Under the pieces are notes generated by a model, which worked only from the letters and a program-made list of their open reading frames with translations, did not search any database and was not told the DNA's origin. A stretch of DNA of 57,451 bases, counting the filler, from Sphacelaria rigidula (Eukaryota): NCBI GenBank assembly GCA_964200075.2. It is 5 parts of 5 records of this genome, joined end to end, with 100 filler letters (N's around TTAATTAATTAA, not from the genome) between each part and the next. Parts side by side here need not be neighbours in the genome. Positions count along the whole stretch, not along the records: positions 1 to 11,411 come from CAXNAA020004950.1; positions 11,512 to 22,922 come from CAXNAA020004951.1; 3 more parts are not named here. The stretch is one strand, 5' to 3'. The translations under genes were made by a program, and so were the position numbers. Below, one piece after another: positions 1 to 13,443 of this stretch; positions within the stretch are counted from its first letter, which is position 1; the number at the start of each line of letters is the position of its first letter.

Positions 1-246
1 TCATCATACTAAAACCAAGTAATTTCCTGACAAATCATTATTTGTCCGATCCTTGGAACTGTTTGACCAGCGGTCGACTTTTCTTCCCTCTGTAGAGCAA
101 TCAGGCCTAAGAAATCGTGGATTTGGTTATTTGAACCGGCGATGATTTATCCGAACCGTGGAATACTCTCAGCATTTCCCATTTCTCGGAACGGCTTCGT
201 AGTCTCAAGGCACCAACCCACCCCCCGCAGGACACGCCTGGTTTTC

Positions 247-750
247 TGGTATCGAGGATTGGGCCAGCACTTTTGCACATTAAATCCTGGCAAAATTTCT
301 TCTGCGACTCGCGTCCTCGCATTACATGACAGAAAGCGGAATATTCCCGATCGAAGGAACCGGTGTCTCGTGGGAGCGGAAAAATTCCTCATCACCCAAT
401 TGGATTAAATCGAATTCACATGAGTCGTGATACATTTGAGGTGACGAACGCCGAACAAAACCTGAAAGGCTCGGAACTTGCAACGTGTTTGCCGGTGACA
501 ACGGACATCGAAGCGGTTGTCAATCAACATGCTGAGAGAGAGATAGGCAGGCGCAGTGGTGGGCGTGCAGAGCGGCGGCCTGAACAGCCAGCCAGTTCAC
601 TGTTTGAGTGCAGGCAGTACGATTGTTGAAGGTTGCACAAACGGAAGAATGTACTGTAGAACTGTGAAGATTCACATCATTTTTGGTATCAAGGATTGGA
701 CCAGCACTTTTGCACATCAAATCTCGGCAAAATTTCTCCCGCGACTCGCG
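247..750. repeat. Two ~67-bp direct repeats (247-313, 684-750), probably subterminal repeats of a non-autonomous DNA element
   Basis: tggtatc(g/a)aggattgg(g/a)ccagcacttttgcacat(t/c)aaatc..ggcaaaatttct...gcgactcgcg occurs twice. Confidence 0.7.
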
Positions 751-1716
751 CCCTTGCTTTGAATGACTGAGACTAGATTTTGCCCCAAAAGACCGACATC
801 TGCAGGGATTCCAATCCGAGACCTTCCGGCTAGAACAGCCGGGCGCGGCGGCTACGTTCAGCTACAAAAACAACCTTTGATGCTGCTGAAAAAAATCGAA
901 TTTAAAAGAGCGTGCCCGCGACGCGGGTTTTTGGGACACGGTTATGGACGCTCCAGGTTTTCCTGGGGCAAAAACAACTTTATGTCATGATGGAAATCAA
1001 CTGCAAGAGATGTTAGATTCAAATACAGTGTGAAAAGTGAGAGTCCCAACTCCGACCCCCTTGCGGAGGTGAAGCCCCACCGAAGACAAATGCCCACACT
1101 GGACGTCAATAAGGAGCGACGAAGATGGGGAGGCCCTCCTAGTACACTACGATCGACTGGCGCAGCCATGAGTAGCTTCGTCTTCTCTTCCTGCGTACCA
1201 CGATCAGCCGGCGATGACAGCGTGGCCAGAGGCTACCGTCAATATCACCATCATTAGCTTGTAAGAAATCGCCAGCAACTACAACGCGGGCAAGTGCAGT
1301 ATAGTACCATTCGTGTATGCCATGCTGGCAACAAAGATCCAGCTGGCACATGTCCCGCAGGGTCGTCGGCCCGTGGTAGCTTGTGACTCAGTGCTCTCAA
1401 GACACGACCATGCTTCCCTGGCATCCCTATGGGAGCCACGTCTGCTGTCAGTGACAGGCTGGCACACAGATGGGCAGTGAGGAGTGTGCTGCACTGTGAA
1501 CTGCTTGTGCAGCACAATGTATGCGCCGTTGTGAATACAAGCCCTACTTGATCACGTACCCAAATTCTCCACAGCATGCGTCATCATCCAATCCGCTACG
1601 AACGAACCCAGTGGTGGTTTCAAGACATGAATTATACCTGCTGTACATGAACAAGGCACGGTGACCATGTAGAACGCACTGGTAAGAGACACTCAACATC
1701 GACCGCCATTACTCAC

Positions 1717-4489
1717 CTCACTCGCCTCACTACCATCATCACCAATAACAAACAGCCCCTCGCCCTCGTCGTCTTCCTCTTCCTCGATCTCCACTCCCAG
1801 CGACGATGTCCCCGCATCACCGGTGCTGCCCAGCTCGCTGGACGGAGAAGCCGTGGCCGTGGCGGCAGCGGAGGCAGCGGCAGCAGTGGATGATGACGCT
1901 GCAGGGGACGATTTAGAAGGTCCGTCTCGAAGGTCTGCGAATGCGGCTGCTACGTCCGCGGGTTTGAAATATTGCGCCTGAAGTAGAAACACGAGCACCG
2001 AGAGCGAGCGTCATCTTTCAGACACAACGAAGTATCACTTGCACTCGGAGAGAAAAAAACTCAAGATGGGAGGCGAGTGATGAGAGAGCATACGTGAAAG
2101 AAAAGGAAATCAAACAACATACGTCGGAGCACGCCACATCAAATTTTACAGCTCTGTTATGGCAGCACAAGAACTCAGGTACAAAAAACATGAACAAAAA
2201 GGAACACGAGGCACGCACAAAAGGTATACAAGCTGCAAATCAAAAGTACAACAGTATACCCTCATGCTTCCTCCCCAAGCAAAGCCCCCTCCCCCCCTCC
2301 AAAAAAAACACACGCACACACACGGCACGAACAAAGTCTGCAACACCACGAGACGCCACCATCATAAATCGCGAGGAAGTAAAACGCAGCACACAAAATA
2401 ACCACAGCCCACAACACACCAGTACCGACAAGACTCCTCAAACACCAAGCACGTAAAACATTCCCTTCTTTCTTCACCTTCCGCAGAAGAGAGCCGAATC
2501 CTCCCGAATCCCTCTTAGAAGACGAGTTACCCGCCTCGCCGCCAACCCCCCCGCCACCGGCGGGTTCCACCGCTTCGGCTTTGGAATCACTACTACTACT
2601 ACGAGCCGAGAATCTCCCGAAAGACATGCGAAGCTTGGACGCCAGGTCTGAAGTAGCAACAGAAGCTGAAGCTGAAGCAGAAGCAATTCCAGATCCGCCG
2701 GAAGAATCTTCTTCCGTCGACGACGGGGTCGCCGCGGCCGTAGCCGCTTCCTTGTCCGCCGCTGCATCGACCGTTACTCCTGCCGCGGCACGGGGAGTAT
2801 CGCCGCCTGCGTCAGCGGCTGGCAGAGGCGTCTTCCCTCCCTTCCATAAGTTGTTCATGTTGACGCCCATGCTGTTCACGTTTATCTTGGTTACATCGAT
2901 GTTGATACCTCGCAACATGGCCGCACTCTTGAACAATCCTTCCGTGACGGGGCTGCTCCCGGGGCCACCACCGCCGCCGGCAGAAGCAGCACCACCGCCT
3001 ACAGGATCGCTTACACCCCCGGTCGCAGCACCCTCGCAGCCGCTTCCGCCGCCGCTACTCTCAGCATCCTGAGGGGTAATCTCATCCGCAGCAATTGGTC
3101 CGCTGTTCCTACGCGACCCCGCCGCATGAGGCGGGGGGAAAAAAGCATTTGTCACGGGGTCTTGGACCTTGTTACTGTTGCGGCTGTTAGCCCTGTCCGT
3201 CTTGGCAACTTCCTCGCCGTGTGTTGACGAATCGGCCGCTCCTAATCGAGCCCAGATGCGCGGGGAACTCAACATGCTCCCACCGCCACCGCCCCCGGAA
3301 GTCGAACTTCCATGCGAGCTGTTCTTTGCCAGGCCGAGGCGGTAAGCCTCGGCATCGTGGTCCACTATAATCGCTGTGGACAGTCCGGAATCTTCGGATG
3401 TGTTTTCAGCAGAGAGGACGGCCTTAATGCTGTCTGCCGACAGACTGTTCGAGTCTGTGCGTAGCGTGTCCACCACCAGCTCGTGTGCGGCAGCGAAGCC
3501 CTGGTGATGAGAGAAGCGGATATATATTTGTATATATATATATTTTAACATTAACGGGTTAGCGAGGGTGGGTCAACGGTAGCTTCAGCAGCGTTGAGGC
3601 TGAAAAGTCATCTTCAAATGGGATACCGTTGTTGACTGCCGTGTGTCTGTCGCTACCGGTTGCTTGAATCATGATTTACTCCATTTCGTTGGCCACTACA
3701 GTCCCCATGCTTTGACTCCGGCTTCACACGGGGATAGGAAGAGGCCTCTGACATGTGATCACCGACACTTTGGTCCATCCGCTCAGATGGTCACAGGATA
3801 ACGACAATCCCCAAAGGGGCGAAATGGACAAAAAAAAGAAAAAACGCCCCAAAAAAACGCAAAAACAAGCATGGAGGGAACCTAGAATACCAAATACGTA
3901 CGAGGCCAGCATACATGAACAGAGGATGAAGACACGTTGTTCAGCTGGTCGGTAAAGCCTCTCCCCTTGCACACTTTTCCTCTTTCTTGCTTCAAGCATC
4001 GTCAAGTCAAAATCGAAGCAAGCCTACAACCAGCGCGCCCGACACTCACCCCATCAAGCACCGACACGTACGGGAAGCCTCGCTTCATGAGAAACAGCGC
4101 ACAAGTGTTCACGTAACTGTACTCGTCCCTGGCGCACTTCAAGCTGTCCAACGCGCCGCTGTTACCACCCAAACCGCCGTTGTTGTTGCCGTCGTCAGAG
4201 CGGGGCGACAGGCCTTTAGCAAGAAGGTGGCCGTAACCGCTGCCCATCAGGCAGAGGTGCACGCGACCCCGGAGGGGCTCGAATACCGACGTCACAGTCT
4301 AACTCGTGAGCCAGGATATCACGAGTATGCAGACATAGTAGGGAGCATTGGTGGAACCAGCCAGATCGGAGGGAGGACGGGGGGGGGGGGGGGGGGGGGG
4401 GAGGGGGAGGGATTTTGTGCCAGAGGGGGGTTTCTTTCGGACATATTTTCCGCCTAATTTNNNNGGGGGGGGGGGGGGGGGGGGGGGCA

Positions 4490-4528
<39 letters not shown>

Positions 4529-7500
4529 CGAGGGTAAGGGTAAGCATTTTGTTCCACATGGACGTTTCATTCGTACATATTTTCCCACGAATCTTGTGCA
4601 CCAGATTCAAGATCGGGGAATGAACGGCATGTCTGGAACTAGTGCGGAGTATGACGACATGATGGATAACGAACAAGGTCCCAAGCTGGTGGGAAGAAGT
4701 TGGCAGAGTTGAAAAGACGCAATGCCAAGTCAGGGATAAGGTAGGCCCAAGGTAGTTTTACTCAGCAAACGAACATCGGCGCTACCCGTGGCCTCTTTTC
4801 CCGAGGTTGACCATCATGCTTACTATCGTGATCACGACAAAAACCCAGTGACTAGTTCGTCGGTCGTCGCAGCGTAGATTCAAATGCGGGCATGACAACA
4901 GCATACACATGACATTTTTGTTTCTTCTCGCTAGGCAACAAAAAAAGTTTGAGAGCAACGAGAAAAAAAGGCATCAGCGAAAAAACAAAAAGGGCTAACT
5001 ATTTGTAGACAGAGCACCGACACAAGCCACAGCATGCCACACAGCGTACAAAAGGGTCAAACGAGGAAGGCGGGGGGAAACACGATAAGAGAATAGAAAT
5101 GAAACAAATGAATGTGTGCGGATCCTCACCTCCGCCATCTCTTCCGGGTTCTCCATGGAAGAGGGGTCCAAGTGATACGCCGTGGGTAAACGCCCAGCCG
5201 CCAACTGCAACCCAAACAAGGTACAGGAAGCGTAATTCAAAAAGGCGGTTTCATGGCAAAAAAACAATGCATGCATGGGTCGTCTTCCTTTTCCCTCTTG
5301 TGTCGTTTTCATTCCATTTTCACGAGAGAGATCGTTCTCTGTAGGTCAAATCTCGCAGATACCGCCAGCATGACTGCCTCTTCCAGTGTCTCCCAAAGCC
5401 GTAGCAAACGGATCCTACAGATGTGAAGTTCGACCCGTGGGAGACAAGATGGTGTCGAGAGCATCCAGACTGCATGGCGGGCGGGTGTTGCGGTCACAAG
5501 TGGCCGATCGGGGACACAACGAGCTTAGTCACGACTCAGGCGATCCGTCGACCTCAGCTACGACTAAAAGTAGTCACATGAACACTGAGTTTTGCAGAGT
5601 GGATGCCTGCTGCGTGTAGACCATGACTCAACACTGTAGAATCAACGTTTCATGCAAAAACGGCGGCAAACATTCCGGACATGCTTAGCACCTAGACGAG
5701 AGGGGAGGGGTAACACGGAAACTGTAACCCCACATTTATCGATCGATTTTCGTGTTTTTGCTTCTGCTTGCAATGAAACCAGTGTTCTTACCCCTGGTTT
5801 GTCGATTCCTTGCCTATGTTTTCTCTTCTCGAGCTCCCTTCTTCCCTCTCTCCTATCGCTTACACCTACCACTACTTTGTTTCTGTCTGGCTTCCACACG
5901 ACTGGCGGGTGTACCTTACTGCCCGAATATTTTGTGCGGCTTTATTATAACTGAGCAAATAACTTTATTTTTCGGTCTTGCTTTCTGTACGGCCTCCTCA
6001 CCAAAATTCCTGGCAAGATCCTGCCCCGTCATTTCTCGGGACCGGTACCAAATCTTACCTGACCATTTTTCAGACTTTCTTGTCGTTCCTGGTTTCATTG
6101 TTGGCTTGTCCTGCTTGTTCTCTACCTCATTTTCCTTGATAATTCTCTCCCTTTCTCCAGGTCTGATCAAGACGTGTTTCCGTCTATTCATGTCGGGGTA
6201 TATCTTATCTTGTGACAACGGCTTCGGTTCGGAGCGAATCATCTCGTATGCAACAATCGATCAAACCAGATGGAATGAACCATTCAACACCCTCTCCGCC
6301 CCGGTATTGATCGCATTGATGCTAAGTCACCTTTCAAAACAGACCGATCACGCACGATGTGCCCATAATCATGAAACACAGTAGCCTCGGAACACCAATC
6401 AGCCAAAAACCTCACCTGCTCCTTGGGGCGACAATCCACCGCGAAAAATGACAGAGGCTCCCTCTCGCGGAACAGCCCTCCTGCTTCTTTTTTCCCCGGT
6501 ACCCCCTGTTTCGCCCCTACCTCCCCTCCACCCGTTTCCTCACTACCACCCTCTTCTCCAGTCTCCACACGCTTCCTGCCTGTCCTAGAAAGCCTGGAGA
6601 TGAGTTCTTTGGCGCCGACGGCAAGACAAAGCTGCGGCAGGACCAGCTCGGAAGGAGGCGCGAAATCATCAGCGGGTTCTCGAGAACCAGACGCCGATCT
6701 CACGAGCTGGCTCGGGCGCATCGGGGTTAAGCGACAACGGGGGGTGACGGGGAATAGGGGAGGGGGAAGGGGGGAAAGGTTGAAGCGACCGCCAAACTTG
6801 AAATCGACTAACGTTTCGGGTACAAAATGCGGTATATTTAGGGAACAACACCCGCTCCTCCTTGACAATGGTATGGCAGTAATTAGGTAACAACACGTGA
6901 TATCTCCTATTGGTATGCTTGACAGGATACATTCACATTGGCGTGCGCACAACGTAGTAGCAGCCGAACCACCAGACAGAAAACACTCTCAACAAAGTTT
7001 GGTAACGACCTGCGGCACACTCGAGGGTCTTTTTCGAATTCCAAATACCTGACCACAGTAATCGCTACTCCACACGGAGCACTGAACGAATCCGGACATC
7101 AACACAAAAAAAAACTGTAGAGTCAACACCGGCGGTGCCGACTAATATGCCGAGCGTTCGAAAAACGCAAATGTAGAGGAAGGGCTGAGCCATTCTTCTT
7201 CTTCTTGGTGCAACAGTGCGAAGGGGACTACGGGTAGGGTATCTCAAGGTGTCTACAATACGTACCATGGGTCCCCCGGAATACTGATCATCACCAGTCG
7301 ATAATCTGGGCTACTTCCGGTGAATATGGTGGAAACCTACGGTTCTTGCGCTACGATACCCTTCGAATTGTTGCAAAAACTCATCTGGGGGGAGTAGGGG
7401 GGCAGGTTTGCTGTTACGACTCTCTCGCGCGCCGTGAAAAAAAATTCACAACTCACCTTGAGGTTCTTGAAATCTGCTGCCAGCCTGTCGCCTGCAGTCT

Positions 7501-7548
7501 TCATCATGGCGCGCATCCGCAGCAGCGACATGTTGTTCAGGCCCTTAC
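1717..7548 (-). CDS. TBC1D23-like protein, rhodanese-like domain plus long low-complexity C-terminal region (partial multi-exon gene; 5' and 3' ends not located)
   Basis: Phase-compatible GT-AG exons read by hand: 7457-7548, 6416-6706, 5130-5204, 4050-4298, 2478-3500, 1717-1977. Spliced peptide contains LCLAVGAKELI...FFAVDCRPKEQ|LAAGRLPTAYHLDP...HLCLMGSG...PYVSVLDG|GFAAAHE, matching from memory the TBC1D23 rhodanese region ([52 protein letters not shown]). TBC domain itself not seen. Confidence 0.85.
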
Positions 7549-8547
7549 CTGCTCGGGAACGGAGGTGGGAAAATGTGCCACCGAAATGGAACAAGGATGT
7601 GAGGGATTGCATTTGGATAATATGATGTCACGAGGGAGGAGGGGAGTACTCATAGATATAACATGACAATTTATATATAGATATATATATGCGTACGTGT
7701 GTGTATGTCATACTCCGTCACACTTCGAACGTCTCCTCATTCTCGGGACGAGTCCGCAGTCTAAGGGATCAACCCATCCCACATTATGTTAGATCGAAGA
7801 CTGAATTGTCACTGCCGCACACATCATCGACTTTCTCATAACTTTCTTCTGCAATTTATTGGCGTCCTCGAGCTTTGAGCGACAGAAACCAGCTTCTGCT
7901 CAAAGAGACAACGTTTGCCGGGATTCGAATTCGCCTCCTTGCGCCTCAACCATAGCCGTTGCTTCACCCGTGTTACCAACGGGACGCTGCGGCTACGGTG
8001 AGAAAGATCACTTCGCTGCTCAGACATGTCCTGGTTTTCACCTCTGGTGGTTCCTCCTCCTACCCATCAAACCCAAAACCAAACGAAAGTCCTGTTCAAG
8101 GGCATCCACTGCAGACACTTGCATCTGTCACTCTTTGAGTCAACCCTTTCGGGCCCCACGCCGCGTCAATACTACATTTTGTAGTGTTGGCCATTTTTCT
8201 TCGTTTTAATTTTTCGGGGGGGGGGGGTGACTAACGAACCATATGAGCAGGGGGCAAAGCTATCACGCGGCCAGCGACCAAAAACGGGTGAATATTATTT
8301 CATTCATACAGAAGAGTCATGCAGGCGGGATAACATGCCCCCCGCACAATGATGAAGCGATATCCCCGAGAGAGGCAAACCAGACACCGATGTAGTGCTT
8401 ACACCATGTTGGTCCTTCCGGGTTTTTTAGTGTACCTGACTTTTGTTCGGAAAAGTCTTCAGTCCTATTGGGGCTCATCCATCATTTGGATTCAAAGCAT
8501 AAAAAAATAGAGCAGAACACCCCGTCTACCAAGCTACCCTCTCCGTA

Positions 8548-9643
8548 CAGGCTGGGCCGCCTCAGAAGCGGACTTTCCTTCAGCCGGTTCTAACTGATGA
8601 TCTATCGCGAGTTGTGCCTACTATAACACATCGTGGTAATCTGCAGATCAACGCCCGTCTTTCACTCCACGTAGCACTGCGATCTGACAAGTTCCCATCA
8701 AACGAAATAACAAACTGCAGTCAGCTACGAAGTGTAGAGAGTTTAGGCTGGCATGTGCGACGGAATTACGGGGGGAAAACGGTTACAGTCAGTTGTGCCG
8801 CGGCCGCAGAGTGATGGTGCTGCACTAGTTGTGGTCGTACAACAAGGCATGTCGTACTGTAGGTGCGCAGTGTCTGAGATTGCACGCAGACAAGACCTCC
8901 AGCGCGTCAAGGCGTCGCGCTCGTAGAAAACGTCAAAGTTCCGGCCGAGGTTAGCGTAATCTAAAAGCAAATGAACCGGTTCTCGGCAGAAAAACGCGAT
9001 TTCACTGCTCAGTTTGAGGTCGTTTTTCATGAAATTTTGACACGGTATACATGGGGTATATGTGAGGCTCCTACCGTTTGCCCCCTTTTTTTTTCTTACT
9101 CGTATGTTATTGGTGATCGAAAATTCGGAACAGTTTTTTCTGGTGCAAAAGCGTCGACAACTCATTAGAAAAAAGAAAAAATGTCAAGGGGGAACAATAC
9201 GGAGTTCAAAACATCGTGTCGGAATTTCGTGAAAAAGTACTCGAAATTCAACAGCATAACCGCGTTTCATTTTTTCGTGGTTGGTTCATCTCTACATAGG
9301 AACCAGTCTTGGACACGAACACGCGATTTAACAGCTGAGTTTCAGGTAGTTTTCAATGAAATTCTTACACGATGTACAGAATGTATGTACCAAGACGCCA
9401 CCTTTCCCCTTCTACATTATTTTATTTTTCCCCGTGAGTTATCGGCAACCGAACATTTCAGAACAGTTTTTTGGAACAAAATCGTGAATAACTTTAAAAA
9501 AAAAAAAAACGTATGGGGGGAAAGGTGGCGTCTTGGTACATACATCCTGTACATCGTGTCAAAATTTCATAGAAAACGCGCTAAAACTCAGCTGTCAAAT
9601 CGCGTGTTAACATCCCTGTCCGCGTCTTAGGCGGCCCAGCCTG
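8548..9643. mobile_element. Non-autonomous Tc1/mariner-type DNA transposon (MITE-like) with TA target-site duplication
   Basis: TA|caggctgggccgcctcagaagcggac ... gtccgcgtcttaggcggcccagcctg|TA; 26-bp TIRs with two mismatches. Internal inverted subterminal repeats (~9320-9410 vs ~9515-9608). No transposase ORF. Confidence 0.85.
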
Positions 9644-10479
9644 TAGACTAAATTACGAACACCAACAAGGAGATCGGAGGTTAGCCCAGCTGAACCGAGC
9701 GTACCCGACGAGCTACATGAGCTGCAATATTGTAATCCAGTAGCCATTCGAACCCAGACTGGCCTGCGATGGCAGCACTACTTCGGGAGCGCCGTGCGGT
9801 ACACAAGCAGCCTTCGACGTTCCTTTATTGAAGTGGTTTCTCTCCACATTACCAAAAAGAACGAAAAAAATCACATATGCATCGCCTCGACCATTTTTAT
9901 TGATCTGATTGATTAATTGTCACACATCATACGCTGATACAGCCGTGGTCACATGATACAAGTACCCACGGTGAACAGGATCAAAACATGTACGTAGAGT
10001 GGTGAGTAAACCCGGAACCAAGGCGGGCATCTCATCAGACAGAATTATAACCAAGCCGGGAATTCTTCCAGGATTTCGAATAAAAATTGAGATCTCGAAC
10101 CTCCATACATAATCACAAACTTTCAAACTTTCCTGGAAGATCCTGACTGCGAGGCTTTGTCCACTGCGCACAAAAGGAACCCTGTGCCCATGATTTTCTG
10201 CTAAATGACGCGAACAAGCGATTTTGTTCGCGAAACTGTCCAACGCACCATTTGAACGTCTCAGCAATGCCAAAAACAACAGTCGGCGGTTGTACACAGT
10301 GGAGAGATACCCTTGCATCGCCTGCCCTCATGACCCAATTAACTCCTTCCCGGAAGCTTGTCTTTCGGAACAATATTTTGCCGGCAGACAGTCCCCAGGA
10401 AAAATGTGAAGGAAGGGGGGTACTCATTTGTTGCTTGTCTTCGTCGTTTGACCATTGACCACGCACCCCTTGCGAAACG

Positions 10480-11411
10480 GAGCACCGTTACTACTTACTC
10501 CTCACACGGGCTGGTTCAAGCTCATAAACCAAAAACACTCATCGGCAAAAACTCACGCCGTTTTAAGGAGTTAGACCCTGAAATTTTGCACAGATGTCCC
10601 ATAGGGCGTTACGCAGCATTTGAAGGTCGACTTTTTTTCTTACTGTTTTGCATTTTGATCGTTTTTCGAGGGTCCCAATTTTTTCGGGAAAACATCGATC
10701 CCATCGGACCCCCGCAAAACGGTAAAAAAACAAAAACACCTCGTTCATCCAAAGTTGCGTAATGACCCATAGCAAAGTCATGCAAAATTTCAGGGTCTTA
10801 CTCCTTAAAACGACGTGAGCTTTTTCGCTTTTGTGCGATGAACTTTGCCGTGCCGCGGTGAAACCAAAACGGGGCCTTTTGGGACTTCTTTGACGTGAAC
10901 ATGGAAATTCAAGCATCAGTTGATCGAGTTTTGCGACGAAATTTTGTGGGCGCCTCCCTTGGGTTATGCGGCGACAGCTCGTCCGCGAAAAAAAGGGGAA
11001 AAAAATCGCAGTGCCAGTTTCCTGGGGTCCCAGAGTGGAAACTACTTGGAAACACGATTTGGATCCCGTCGGACCCCCGAAAAACGGTAAAACTGAAGAG
11101 GTTAAAAATCTCGTCCATAGAAAGTTGCGTGATGACACATGGCATACTTGTGCAGAGTTTTTCCTTTCAGGGTATTTTTTACCGCCTTCCGGGGATCTTC
11201 ATACTGAGACCCCCGGAAGCCGGTAAAGAACGGAGAAACTTTGAAATCTTGTCAAAACTACAATTTTTCATTCGGAGCATCAATTTCTACAGAGCTGCCA
11301 AGTCTGAGGGCGATCTGAGCTTTTCTACAACAGATATGGGGGACACCGTCACGAGGCTCCCTGGGTCTTTCGTGCGTATCATGAGTGGAAATTCGACGAC
11401 GCCAACACCCG
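10480..11411. mobile_element. Probable non-autonomous DNA element truncated at contig end, with ~95-bp direct repeats (10697-10790, 11062-11160)
   Basis: gatccc.tcggacccc...aaaacggtaaaa...ctcgt.cat..aaagttgcgt.atgac.cat repeated; no recognisable ORF. Boundaries approximate. Confidence 0.5.
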
Positions 11412-11511
11412 NNNNNNNNNNNNNNNNNNNNNNNNNNNNNNNNNNNNNNNNNNNNTTAATTAATTAANNNNNNNNNNNNNNNNNNNNNNNNNNNNNNNNN
11501 NNNNNNNNNNN
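11412..11511. other. Artificial contig linker (N-run, TTAATTAATTAA, N-run)
   Basis: 100-nt block with a six-frame stop spacer in the middle; repeated four times in the window. Confidence 0.97.
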
Positions 11512-13443
11512 GGAAGTGCATTTCGGAACTAAAACGATTCATTCACTGATCGACCGGTTTTCACTCTCAATCGTATCATCTACTCTCAATCTCACGAAAA
11601 CACTGTTATATTTGAGATCATGTTGAGTTGAAAGATGTGATTGAGATTTTGTCCCAAAATAGTTGTGCCATGGGGCCCTTAGTGCATTGTACAGCATAAA
11701 GAAAACGCTCAAAATGGGGCATACAACAAGACGGGAAAGCCTGTATATAAATTGAAACAGCGGAGCTCAACTTTGAAAAAAAACGGGCTTACGGAGCCAA
11801 AGCCCAACATCTTCAAGCCACAACAGTTTATACACACACGCATGGCGACGAGGAACGCTATTGCTCCAGCCAACACAGCTTCTTCCGTTCTTCTGAGTAT
11901 CCATCACTGTCGATATGCCGTCGACCATTCACCTGCATTGAAGGTGCTTTTAACGACCGTTAGTCCATGTGTCATGTCAGAAAATATCAAAAGGCGGCGT
12001 ACAGAGTTATATCAGATCCGTCTTACACTCCCCGTAGCCGCGTTCACGTACGCAGCCTGCTAATTTGACCGTATGAACGTATAGGTCACACATCCAAGGC
12101 ACCAAAGACCAGCCGTCAAGATATTTCATCAGGTGTTCCCGTGTTGAGCGCGGTGACAAAACGGGCCGAATCCGTTTGTGTGTCGTTCTCGTTGATCGCA
12201 CACCGGTCAGCGTGATCAAGCCCAGACTCAAACCTGTCGCGTCTACGTTACTCGTACATCGCGTCATTCTTCAGTACAGATGCACCACACAGCAATCGAT
12301 ACAATCGTCCACGGGCCATGCACAACGTGCCACAATGTTGTCAACTACTTCTATTTGTTGTGTTACTATTTGATCGGCAGACCCCGTGAGCGCCCTCCTC
12401 CACGGCACCACACTGGTCGTTCTCATTTCATCGCCCTTTTTAGTTAGGTAGTATGCTTGCTGTTCAAGCCTGTGGAAATGTCCACCTGGTGACGATACGC
12501 TATCTACGTTTAACATTATTAGCACACTTGAAGGTTTAGGTGGCAGACAGCAACACAGCAGCAAAGCGTTCAGTATTACATCCATGTACAAAAATATCCC
12601 CCCCCCCTCCTGCCTTCCCGAAGTCAACGCCCCCCTTCAAGACAGTGACATGCGGACAGCACGTACGTGTTACCATGCGACGATACATATGTAGATATAT
12701 AAATACATATATCGAAGTGTCGCCACTCTCCTAAAACGTTTCTGGGAGCACATGATGTTTTACGCAGAAACCGCGAGTAGGATCCATCATGGATCGGTGA
12801 TAGACCACGAGTAAACCTTGAATCCAAACCGACCTCGTAGAAATGCATACCCCTTTCAGAAGGCAGCTACTTAGTCACCCATAAATATATATTGATGAGA
12901 TTTCCGTGCGTTGTCTATCCGCCAACGACCGGCTACGTTGTCACTCCCTACAGTACCAAGAGGATATCAACACGCATAAATTGGGGGTACCTTCCTCACT
13001 CTCTACAAGCCTTTACTCGATAAGAGCACGATGTTTGTTCAAAAACCGCAATCATGGTGCCCGCAGGAGTCACTGTTCGAACGTTACGCTATAAACGCCA
13101 ATGTGCCGGTGTGCGCAATCCGCTCGGTACTCTAGTGTCACCCAACAGTTTGGTCCCAGATAGTACCGTACCCATCCACTCGACTGTGTACCTTCCTGTA
13201 GAAAGACCGATGCTCTTCTCGTCGTGAAAATGAAATCAGCGCAATAAAACACAAGCTACACTCCACGCGAATAGAAATATTCCTCATAAGCAGACAACGA
13301 AAACAACAGTTGACGGCACACACAGCACATGTAGCTCATCGCACACATAATTTCCCTAGTAACCCTTCGATAGATGTAGTCCGTGTGCTATACGAACCCA
13401 GCCGCCACTCCGAGCTCAACAGTCGTAAGAATACACCCATAAT

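Noticed and set aside
942..1191. Terminal exon of the TBC1D23-like gene (EEKTKLLMAAPV...)
   Set aside because: Acceptor is phase-compatible, but there is no recognisable homology and it runs into repeat sequence.
2581..3072. Plus-strand ORF, and similar antisense ORFs at 6423-6890, 15253-15576, 17707-18015, 23450-23812
   Set aside because: Shadows of real GC-rich exons on the opposite strand.
4378..4530. Poly-Pro/poly-Gly ORFs from G-runs (also 47665-47840)
   Set aside because: Intronic or intergenic homopolymer tracts containing Ns; lengths unreliable and no coding support.
11456..11467. TTAATTAATTAA palindrome recurring every ~11.5 kb as a biological periodic signal
   Set aside because: Always embedded in N-runs; it is a six-frame stop linker.
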